The notes beneath the pieces are model-generated. The model worked only from the letters and a program-made list of their open reading frames with translations, did not search any database and had not been told where the DNA came from. A program made the position numbers and the translations under genes. A stretch of 62,132 bases of DNA, counting the filler, from Choristocarpus tenellus KU-1152 (lineage: Eukaryota > Protista > Phaeophyceae), in NCBI GenBank assembly GCA_964200185.2. It is 10 parts of 10 records of this genome, joined end to end, with 100 filler letters (N's around TTAATTAATTAA, not from the genome) between each part and the next. Parts side by side here need not be neighbours in the genome. Positions count along the whole stretch, not along the records: positions 48,903 to 53,371 come from CAXNAD020014403.1; positions 53,472 to 57,872 come from CAXNAD020014716.1; positions 57,973 to 62,132 come from CAXNAD020015911.1; 7 more parts are not named here. One strand, written 5' to 3'. Positions within the stretch are counted from its first letter, which is position 1. Every line of letters begins with the position of its first letter. Positions 52,248 through 62,132 of this stretch are shown piece by piece.

Positions 52248-54236
52248 CAGACGTTCTCTAAATCAACAATTTTTTTACAAATGGTATATTCTAATTAACA
52301 TCTTCTTATAGGGTTAGTGTTCATGATTCCTCATACACATACGTTTCTTCACCTGGTGGCAACCTGAACTTTATTTGGATTGGTGTGTTCTGCCATTGTT
52401 CTCTCATACTTACTGCAATCCCCCACACCCTTGGACGAGATAACTTACACATCGCAATACAATATTTTGGTGTGTTCGTCCTATAGCCCTGCTTAATGTG
52501 ATATCTAAATTCCAGAAACATTGCACCGCAATGGTTATGTCTTCTCTTACTCTGCGTCCTCAGGAGCATGCAGAACCCTTCCAACCCTAACCATGCACAC
52601 CGTACTAAGACCGTCTGTCTTACACAACTAACCCTCCGACATGTATGCAATATTGTGCTAAGACCAATCCACCCAATGTCTAACACATTAATAATGGCAA
52701 TCTAAGTGCATCCAATTTGTGCAGGGACATGACCCGGAGTAAGCAACCCACAACCCTTCTCCCTTGCTTCTTTCCAATGCTTGAGCTGAAGAACCATTGA
52801 CAGAAACCTTGCAAAAAAAACAACTAGATGAAACATCTCGTACTCGGTACTACCATCAAAAACACAAGGCGACATTTTCACAACATACAACCCCTCTTTT
52901 CATTCCTAATCCAAATATAAAAAACCACCTAACTACAAATTTTGAGTAAAATAGCAACTTTCCTCAGCCAAGATCACACAGAATACACGCACTCAAGTGC
53001 CAAGGGCAGGTCCTTAATGTAGTTTGTCCCAAAATACAAAAAAAAGGACAAACCCTCCACGACTGAAGACAGCAATTCCCCGAATTGTTGAACACATCAT
53101 CAGGGCCGAAACGGACGCACCCTCACAAACCACACCGCCCCCCATATACTTTGCCCTTTTCCCATACCTATTCATACCCAGTCCCCCAGCAGAGTCACTA
53201 AACACTGCTTCTCCCTTGTACCTGCAAAATGATGAGAATTCCCAGGTATGGTTACAATCATGGAAAAAATGTAGGTGTATTGCCATATCAATACATATGT
53301 AAATGTGCATATACCATGTTCTACTATCTACTGACCCAAAGCATCTGGGGGAGGGGGGGGGTCTATTCCAGNNNNNNNNNNNNNNNNNNNNNNNNNNNNN
53401 NNNNNNNNNNNNNNNTTAATTAATTAANNNNNNNNNNNNNNNNNNNNNNNNNNNNNNNNNNNNNNNNNNNNCCTTTACAGTGTCCATGTGATGTATGCAA
53501 CCAAATCACCTAAAAATCGCGATATGAAAAAATTGACCCCAAATGGACAGCCAGCACCCCCTCACAGATACTTTTAGCCACATGTTTCTGAGACTACTAA
53601 CTGATCTCATACCAGGTTGTTGATTCGGTCATTCTTTGCTTGTATCCCACAGGAGATGATGCATTGCAAAAAAAATACGACAAATGAGGTCATTCTCTGT
53701 ACATTTGTTCTGGCAATGTACTTGTTCTCCACCTGTGTGTGTAAAGTGGGGAAGCAGAGGACTCCTCTCTCTGCAACAAGAAAAGGCAACCCCATAAACT
53801 AATGGTTTTTTGCCCCCCTTACCCCCATCCCCCCATTTTGGACAACACTTCCCAATCCCATTTTGGCACAGGCTACATAACAGGCTACTTCCTGAGCTCT
53901 GCAAACCAAAGATTTCTGGCAGAGTTTTTACTCTTGGCTCCTCCCTTTGTGATTCCGAGTGTGTGTAGAAGCAATTACTCCGTCCCCTACTGCTGTATAG
54001 TATGAGTTGGAGTGGCGATGATCCTTCAGTGCTTTTGCAGCACTATTCCTTGGCCCATTCACTAATCCTCTGAGGTACTGTTGAAGCTGGATATATTTAT
54101 GTGGGGAAGATGAGGGATCTGACGGAAACTATCAGTACAAGGACATTTGGCACTTCCTACCTTCCCCTTTCCTGCTTCCCCCTATTGACCCTATTTTTTT
54201 GCTCACAATCCTGTAGCTCCTCATAAAAAGAGACTG

Positions 54237-54400
54237 TCAACCCACATGGTAGTGCTGTAGTTTGTGCCACGGCAGTTTTATATTGGAAGGATGAAATACG
54301 CTTGATACGCATTGTTGGCATATTTTGCATTCTGCGGTAGTAGTAGTACTAGCAACAAAAATTTTAGATATTTTGTGCTCACTACCATGGGAGTAATGTT
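54237..54400 (-). pseudogene. Possible BED zinc-finger remnant (transposase-like)
   Basis: KIFVASTTTTAECKICQQCVS...SN..L.WHKLQHYH pattern. Confidence 0.3.
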
Positions 54401-54917
54401 CATTGATGACAAAACCATCCCAAGTGAACATCATAACTGTCAGTTAGTTGCATCCATTCAACTAACCACCACCTTTTTTCATGGACCCACTTGTACCAAC
54501 AACCACTACTGCAGCTAGCTGCAACTGTCCTCTCTGCCTTTTTACCCGAGTGTATCCCTGTTCTTCTGCCCCTTCATCCTTTCCCTGTGATTGTTCTCAT
54601 CACTTTCTCTTTTTCAAATGAATCTCATTCTCTGCACCCACTGGATTATCTCACCGTCATACCTGGAACCACTTCCCCCACCATTGGGCGAAGCATTGGG
54701 AATGGTGTGGCAGTAACCCAGACTTCCCCATTCTCCGATGGAAAATCTATGGCATCAAATCCTGCTGCAAGGGAATCGATTCCCCTGATTGATGAACCCT
54801 TTTGTTCTGGTACAGACATCACTAACTCGTCATTGAGATCCCGGTTCACTGGTGGTGACTGTTCCGAGTTCGAGATTCCATCTTTTTTGACGGGCATGGC
54901 AGATTCCTCTTCGATGT

Positions 54918-55171
54918 GACTCAAAGTATCTGGGGTGGGGGGGTGGCGGCTGTCCAATTGGAGGCAAAGTTTTCATATCGCGATTTTTGGGTGATTTGGT
55001 TGCCTACTTCACATGGATGATGTAAATGCACTTTTCTTGATTTCGCACCAAATGGACACCCTGGTGTAGATCCCCCCCCCCCCCCCAACATTACCAGCAT
55101 GTTTTGGTTTTGCTTGGGCGAGGAGAAGCGGGTTACCTCCCGATCTTCCGCCCCCCCAGATACTTCGGGTC
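54918..55171. mobile_element. MITE family B, full-length copy (254 bp, G/C homopolymer tracts)
   Basis: TIRs GACTCAAAGTATCTGGGG / CCCCAGATACTTCGGGTC. Confidence 0.88.
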
Positions 55172-55500
55172 TGTTGGCTTTCTGCTGGTCTGAGAGGACT
55201 GGCTTAATCCACTGCTTGACCTTCGCTTTCTCGAACTTCCGCAGATCCCACAATAAGGCTAGGGAGACCCCAACTTTGATTGTCCATTTGTGGAAGGATG
55301 TGCATTGTACCGATAGGACATATCAAATGTCGAGAATATTTGTACGACGGCCACATCACCCCTTACAACATCACAGAAGGTCCATGCATTCATCCCGTGC
55401 AATCTGGCAGTCATATTCTTCAGATGACGAAACATGGTGATTCGGGAAATTCCGAAACTCTCCATGATTGCCGCCGCTGTCCCCCGAGGTATCAGAGTCT
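55172..55500 (-). pseudogene. Mariner-type (plant/oomycete-like) transposase N-terminal remnant
   Basis: HTH-like LIPRGTAAAIMESFGISRITMFR, then KG*CGR and VGVSLALLWDLRK...WIKPVLSDQQK across frameshifts. Confidence 0.55.
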
Positions 55501-56471
55501 CACACCCTCTTGCCTCCAGGCATCACGCCACAACACTGATCTTCATCAGGGTGTTTGAGTCCTGACCCTGGGCAAACTTCTGAGCCGAAGAGTTGGAACC
55601 GACAGGCGACAACGGGATGACTGAGCCCCTCGAACAAGAGGGGCCTTCGTCCTAGGCATCCCAATAAACACCCGCTTTGACATTTTCAAGAGGTTTTTAA
55701 ACTTTGTCAAATGCGCCTTGGTCAACTTTGGACTGGTGATCCTCCACACTCACGACAGTCCATCTCAAAATTTGCACGCCTCCCAATCTATATGCGAACT
55801 AAGCCTCGTCCAGATGGATTATCTGGTGGGTCGTTCCCCAAGAAGAACAGAGCTTGCAAAAGTTACATTTAATTCCCAATGAATGGAGAAAGTAGTATTC
55901 AACCCAAACGATCTGCAATTTCCTCCTCCTTCAGCCTGATGTTATAAATGATGAGATCAGTGATTTTTTTAAGTCCTTACGACTTCACTGCCTTACTTAC
56001 TTAGCCCAGTATAAATGACGTGAACGTAGGTGTAATTTTCCTTCTGTTTCCCAACTACATGTCCATCATCTCATGTCTACCCCTTGTTAAAGAGTATTGT
56101 GACAAAAACATAAATAAAAGAACGGTCACATACTAAACAGAAACAGAAGCCTTTCAACCTTTAGAAAACCTTTCAATCTTCAAAACCTTCGTGTGGTGTA
56201 CAAGGAAGTGACCTTACAAGATATCCACACATTCTTGACCCACCAATGGCCGTATCCTACCTCTTCTCATGTCTACCAGTATGAGTGACCTTGAGGTTAG
56301 TATAATAGTGCATCCTCGTGCCGAGTGTATCCCCTTCTGATCTGCTAACCATGCGTAGGGACTGACAGGTGATGTTGATACGTCGTTCTTTCTGACTGGA
56401 TGATGATCTTGTGTAATGTTAACTTCCCGGTTTCCCCATTGCCCATTTGTTCACTTCTCGTTGGACCGCAG

Positions 56472-57078
56472 ATTGCGGCCCTGGCTGCCGATGTTGAAAA
56501 TATGGCAGGTGCTGAAATGCCGAAGGTTGAATGCATGGAGGAAGACGAGGATCCTGGTTTTCCAGGACTGGCTGATCTGAAAGTTCCTACGGTTGAATCT
56601 ATGGAGGAAGACAAGGATGCTGGTGTCCAAAGGCTGGAGGGTCTGAAAGTGCCTAAGATTAAATTGATGGAGGAAGACAAGGATGCCGGGCCTATAGAGA
56701 GTCAGCCACAGGTGGGGTTCTTCAACCCTCATGGTCGTCGACCCCAGAACTCCTGCACCTAGCTCCCCTAGCTTATGTTCTTCGCACTATAAAGACGTCG
56801 ATTTTTTCATTAACAGTAGGGTACTTCGTCAACACGCCAATTGCGTACACGTTTGACCCGTTTTTTGTTCAATATTGGCATGGTCCATTCCCACCGTCAT
56901 CATCCCAGGGATGTGATGATATCGTCCAAGCTGACACAGGATCCAGGAGCCTTGTTTCTCCAGAGGTTCTTGTAGTTGCAACGGAAGTCGGTGAGCAGGA
57001 AGGTGACGAAGTAAAGGGAGAGAGCGAGTCCGATGTTAGCAGCGACGACACGTCGGACTCCGACGAGGAGGATTGCGT
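56472..57078 (+). CDS. Putative exons (56472-56711, 56909-~57078) of an acidic low-complexity protein with three ~22-aa repeats
   Basis: AG/GT-bounded in-phase exons; repeats PKVECMEEDEDPG / PTVESMEEDKDAG / PKIKLMEEDKDAG. Confidence 0.45.
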
Positions 57079-57453
57079 GTGAGCAGGGCGGGCAAGGTGT
57101 TTGCAGTTGAAAACCCTCCTTTTTCACTAGGCAGGCGAGCAATTTGTGGTCTGAATAGCCTCTTGTTCAACAAATTATGCCTTCTCTTGAGATTTTTGCG
57201 TGTTTGCAAGCTGACCTGCTTGTTCATGGTGAAAGAGTGATTGTGTGCACTGTTGGGGCTGTAAGTTGTGGCTATTTCAAGGTTTTAGCTTTGCCGAACA
57301 CTTTCGCTCTTTAATGGATTAACTATATTGCCTGCACCACACCTCCGTACCTGCAGGAAAGAGAAGGAAATGGGAGGGGAAGCAGAAAACCCAACCATAC
57401 CAGCGGGTGGTGGCAAGGCAGGTGAACGTAATGATCCTGATGGTAGCAGGGGT

Positions 57454-57872
57454 GGGGGTGCTGAAGCTCGGAGGCGGAGGAGGAAGAAGCACTCTGGGAG
57501 AGTTGTGGGGGGGATTTATGATGGTGCTTCCTCAGAAGAAGAATCCGATGCTTTTGTGAAAGTGATACCCAGGAGTGCACATGAGGTAAGTTTGTCAGAG
57601 GCACAGTGAAGCAGGGAGAGTTAATGGAATGAGGCTAAGGGACTAAGTTTTTTTTTTTTGTTTTATTGCATTTTCCCCTCATGTTAACAGGGTTTGTGCG
57701 TAAGATTTTTGTTCTTTGGACTGAGGAAGTTCAACCAGGTGTTTAGATGTGAAGTTTGAAATCATCATCTGCGAGGTGTCACAGAGAATGTATTTGTGGC
57801 GGGGGGGGGGGTGCTGAAGCTCGGAGGCGGAGGAGGAAGAAGCACTCTGGGAGGGTTGTGGGGGGGATTTAT
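57454..57872. repeat. Near-identical direct repeat (~57454-57522 and ~57805-57872) cut by a contig end
   Basis: GGGGGTGCTGAAGCTCGGAGGCGGAGGAGGAAGAAGCACTCTGGGAG...GATTTAT occurs twice. Confidence 0.85.
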
Positions 57873-58135
57873 NNNNNNNNNNNNNNNNNNNNNNNNNNNN
57901 NNNNNNNNNNNNNNNNTTAATTAATTAANNNNNNNNNNNNNNNNNNNNNNNNNNNNNNNNNNNNNNNNNNNNGGTAGTTAAGGCTAGAGTCTCACCCACT
58001 CGTTCAGTCATCGGAGTAGAGACCACAAAGGCCCTTGTAACATTAACATTGTTCATCTATACCAAGCTGTTTTTTGTCCTTCATTCAAGCACCATCTAAA
58101 AGCCGCGGGTCCAGTGTGGGATAGTTCAACGTAAC

Positions 58136-61100
58136 CCGCCCATCTCCGCCTTTTTCAACGCGAAAAGCTCTGTAACTCGTGATACTGGGGACACGGTTGA
58201 CGTGACCGCGAAGGAGTCCCTTGAAGTTTCCCTCGTTCCGTAGGGTCTTGCAGTATACTGGAACCTCCGTGTAAGAGGCCTGCAGCTCTTCACCCAGCTG
58301 TGTTCTTGTGAATATGTTCTTCCCTTTTTTACGAGTGAAAGAATCTTAGAGGGTTACGAGTTTTGCCCTGTTTGTCCATTTGGGGCTTGGCTTCCCTCGG
58401 GGTTTTTATGACATTTTCCTACTTCAAAATGTTTCGGAGTAGGTAAAATTTATACGTTCTGAAAAGGTATGTTCGGAGCCAGGTTAATGAAACTTCCTAA
58501 CAAACACGATAGCCAAAATTTCATCGAAATCACAACATTGGATTTGACCCCCAAATGGACGCGGCTCTACCCTCTAAAAGATACTTTGGCTCATACCACG
58601 TGAGAACCTGAACGGGATATGCAAGCAAGTTAATTTTGAGGCGGGGGCGAAAGAAGCGAAGTGGAGAAGCAATGTATATATGCAGGCACATGCTCCGATG
58701 CATGTATATGGAAGTATAGATATAAAAAGGGGTGATGCGTACATTTTTTTATTGTGATGTTTCGAGAGTAGGTTACGAAACAGTTTTGGCAGCTGCTCTT
58801 ATCGTTCAATTTTGTTGGGGGGAAAGCAAAAGTCAAATAATCAATTGTAGTGTATGACTATAAACCTTCCAGAGACGCAACAAGCGTGATCTGCAAGCCA
58901 CAAGGCAGTATCTGAACGTATCAAAACACTATGTGGCTATCGGACTTGTTTATCTTGCCTAATTACCTGGAGAAGATCCGATCGATTTTGATGTGCGTGT
59001 GCCCAACCATCATAAAATGCATCTCGACCACACAAATGACACTCACCACGACCAACAGCCCCGTATATCTGAGAAAGAAATTGTTCTTGTTCTCTGAGAC
59101 GCAGTTGTCGACTTGGCCAGATTGGGGAGTTGGGAGCGAGGGAGGGATAGGCGTGAGGCCGATATGTCAGCACATTTAGCCGTGTTTCGTGGAGGAACAG
59201 GGTATGTTTCCAGTACTGCTAGAGCGCAAGCCCTACATCACCGCCATCATACATGCAGGTTGCAACGCACAAACCAAAACTAAAGACTGTGCAGTTAGTT
59301 ACTTGGTGACTGGTATTCAGCTAGTATGTGTTGAGTAGGTCGTGTCAAGATGAAACTTTCTTACCTGCCAATGCACGTGCTGGATGATGCAACCCCCCAC
59401 GTGATCGAGATTGTTGTGGTACTTGTCGATAAGCCTTGTGAGGGCAAGGTGGGTGGCTGTGCAGAAAAGATTACAACCTGCGCGAACGATGATGTCCGTC
59501 GTTAGTTGGTAAATAGTACCATGCTTACTTACGCATTGTTTAATTGGAGCTAAAAAGAGAGGTAGCGGAATTTGTTTTTGCAATGTAGAGCACATACACC
59601 CGAATGGTTGATATACATTTCTGTGGATTTTCCTCGTTGTTGATTAGTTCTTACGCTCATCTCGCCCTAACCCTAGGCTGAGGCGTAGGAGGTCAGGGGA
59701 GCACAGCGCATCATCAGTTGATCGACTGTTCACTAGGCCTGCGGTATCTGTAGGCACATCGTGTAAGGATGTACTCGTCCTCGGGTATCTAATCTACGGC
59801 AGGTCCACTCGCCAGGACGGCAAATCAAGTGGTGCGTGCGCAACCAGCATCTATTTAGCCATGTGATTGTTTGCCACCACCCACAGTACGTACCTCCTCC
59901 AAGATTGATAGGAGTGAAGAACATCTCCGCGAACTGGCCTTCGACATGTGCGGCCATGATCTTCTGGCGCTCAGAGTAGCCCCTGATAAGAAGGACATGA
60001 GCCAAAGAAACATGTAAAGAAAGGTTCTACGGTGCGTCGTCATCATGATGAACGGAATAGGTAGTGGAATTATGTGCGTCTGTTTTGGCGGTTATTTCTT
60101 GGGACTTTGCACTCATTCGTAGAATAAAACAGGGTTCTCTATTCTGTTCCGCGTGCGGCTGCAAATTTGTTGTCAGATGGACTATGCGTGCGTGTGGTTA
60201 CCTGTCACCGCCGTGGGTAGGTGGGTAAAGTGCTGGGAGGGCGTGTGCTGTCTGGTTCGCGGCGTCTACGGACATGAACACGAAGCCGAGAGGTTTGCCG
60301 TCGGCTTTGGCCCGCATGGCGCTGCTGGTGCTGTTGGCGATGACCAGCCGATCCGCTTGGATAATCTGGCGAATGGGGGAGAGCAACATCACGTCTGTAA
60401 ATCAAATAAATCTGCTCAGAGTTGTAAAAAAATGGCCACTTGTTAACACATATCAGGTTAGTAACAAAAATGGAGTGTAGGTAACAATAAATGTTTGTTG
60501 TTGGATATGTTTTTTATTGCTGCGTTCAAGTCAAACACAGTATTATCGGGATGGTAGGAAGTACGTATGTACGGGACCGGAAGACCGCTACATGACCTGT
60601 CCCTCCCACAGCCCGTTGTACACGACCAGGAAGCAGTCTATCATACAAGGTGTTTGGGCAGGTAATAACAACATTTTTTCGGTGAGTGAGGCTGCTGCTG
60701 CTGCCATAAGCACCTGCGTGGGAGTCTTCATTCGCAAAAGGCAACAGATGTTCTTCCCGATGGAGGGCATTGACGGCGACATGTTGCCACTGTACGCTTG
60801 TCGCAAAATTAACGCTGGACACCTACCTCTCGATGGTCTGACAGCTCCTTGTCGATGGACTCGAGGACGGTGGAGTCGTTTGTGGGTTTCACACCAGGCG
60901 CACGCCGCTTCTCTTTTAACGTGACACATATGTCACATTTCATAAACTCGCCTCCTACCCTCACCCATATGTTGGGCCTGTCCTCTCTGAGCAATCGGAG
61001 GAAGTGCGCCCTGCTTTCCTGCTTGGGAGGGTCGTCAGGATACACCCATATTGCCTCTTTGCAAAAATCCTTGTATAGCTCCAAACAAAAAAAAAATGGT

Positions 61101-61880
61101 TGTGTGGGCAAGTGAGGAGTTATTGAGAAGGAACACTTGAAGAACACCGCTGCATGATCTCTCGAAGGCGGGCTGACCAATAACTTGACTGAGAACATGG
61201 TAGACAGGATCAAGCAAGCTTACATCGTGCGTTACGAAAGAGCAAATACAATGATCTTCGTAAATCTGCCAGGAGCGTCATTCTGTTCGGGCCTCACTGC
61301 TGTTTGCAGAAGCGGCAAAGGAGGCGAATCTACCATCATCATCATCATCATCGCGAAGCGCTTTGTACATACGAAGTACACATTTTTACTACCAATGTCA
61401 GACCGGGTCCGGGGCCGCAGAAGTAGGTGTACACGGCGTTGAAATAACAGTTATTGTGTCTTCCTTCGTAAAAGCGACAAAGAGTATCATCATCAACATT
61501 GTAGTCTCGACATAACAAACGAAAAAAATAGTCCTTCTTACGAATCTTCACATATTCTTTTAGCCATAATATCAGACCGGTCAAAGTAATAAACATCCAC
61601 CACTCGAAATACTACTTCGATCCACTTATTCTACGTACTGCTGGGTCACACGGTTTGCAACTAACTCCAACACAGGGTGTGGCCAACCTCTCCACAACCA
61701 AGGGCAAAACCTGCCTCTTTGTTCGCGGCGTAGATCACAATTGTGGACTTGTGAGGCATGAACTGCCCGTATGTATCAGCCCAGTAGTCTATCCAGGACA
61801 TCACCAGGTCTCACTTCAGAGCCATGTCCTTATCTTTGTTCGTGCCGTTCCTGTTCCAGTAGCGCACGTATGTATATATA
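58136..61880 (-). mobile_element. Intron-containing Sola-like (DUF7869-type) transposase gene, now disrupted; exons ~61880-61713, 61078-60827, 60365-60202, 59982-59894, 59477-59365, 59112-58967, 58607-58136 (last interrupted by a MITE)
   Basis: Spliced translation: WIDYWADTYGQFMP; HFLRLLRE...FMKCDIC...H; FMSVDAANQTAHALP; GGCNLFCT; WQVDNCVSENKN; FMMVGHTHIKIDRIFSRFS; NFKGLL...ITSYRAFRV. Phases are compatible from 61078 onward. Confidence 0.85.
58333..58592 (+). mobile_element. MITE family A copy inserted in a transposase exon
   Basis: Both TIRs; flanks TTAC/ATAC; removing it plus 4 bp restores the reading frame. Confidence 0.92.
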
Positions 61881-62132
61881 TTGATGGGAGATGTGCTGGA
61901 GGTGGATACAAGGGACGGGGGATGGAATCCTAGAGGGATCGTATGCCAGCAGCGGATCTCTAATTCTGTAGGTATTTACGCGTGGTAACTGCTGCAGCAG
62001 TGCAGGGACGGCCAGAAAAGATGATATTGTTGAAGCATAAATAAACATATCACACGTGTATATACACACATAGGTAACACATAACTCCACACTGGAGGGA
62101 TCTCTAACTTTGTACATCAGGCATCTAGGCGT

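Noticed and set aside
54646-55253. Single ORF restored by removing the family B MITE (implying a 3-bp TSD)
   Set aside because: The mariner-like sequence does not continue past the MITE and the flanks (ATGT/TGTT) are ambiguous, so the frame match may be coincidence.
1-62132. Most short ORFs in the six-frame track
   Set aside because: Antisense or intronic shadows, MITE translations, or non-ATG starts with no motif or splice support.

Overview
Intron-rich eukaryotic nuclear DNA. Intron sizes, TTAGGG repeats and gene style suggest a stramenopile, probably a brown alga or close relative; this is inference. The window is about 10 small contigs joined by nine identical artificial 100-bp linkers (44 N + TTAATTAATTAA + 44 N), so adjacency across linkers is not biological. 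Host genes reconstructed by hand from GT-AG splice sites: the 3' part of a mitochondrial-type serine hydroxymethyltransferase, a small 3-exon multi-TM protein, a divergent protein made of a low-complexity region plus only the clathrin heavy-chain terminal propeller and linker, a complete 7-exon mitochondrial SAM carrier, part of a coiled-coil protein, and the 5' part of a MYST acetyltransferase. The rest is DNA-transposon rich. It holds about 12 copies of a ~258-bp GAG...CTC MITE with 4-bp TSD (Sola-like), a sister G-tract MITE found at several contig breaks, an intron-rich Sola-like (DUF7869-type) transposase interrupted by one of the MITEs, and decayed Sola- and mariner-like transposases. 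The most striking signals are: (i) in-register insertions of telomeric GGTT(AGGGTT)n at the TTAG^AGGG site of MITE TIRs plus many short interstitial TTAGGG runs, suggesting telomerase-type repair at internal sites; (ii) the stand-alone clathrin terminal-domain protein; (iii) CpG depletion in gene bodies with CpG-rich 5' ends.
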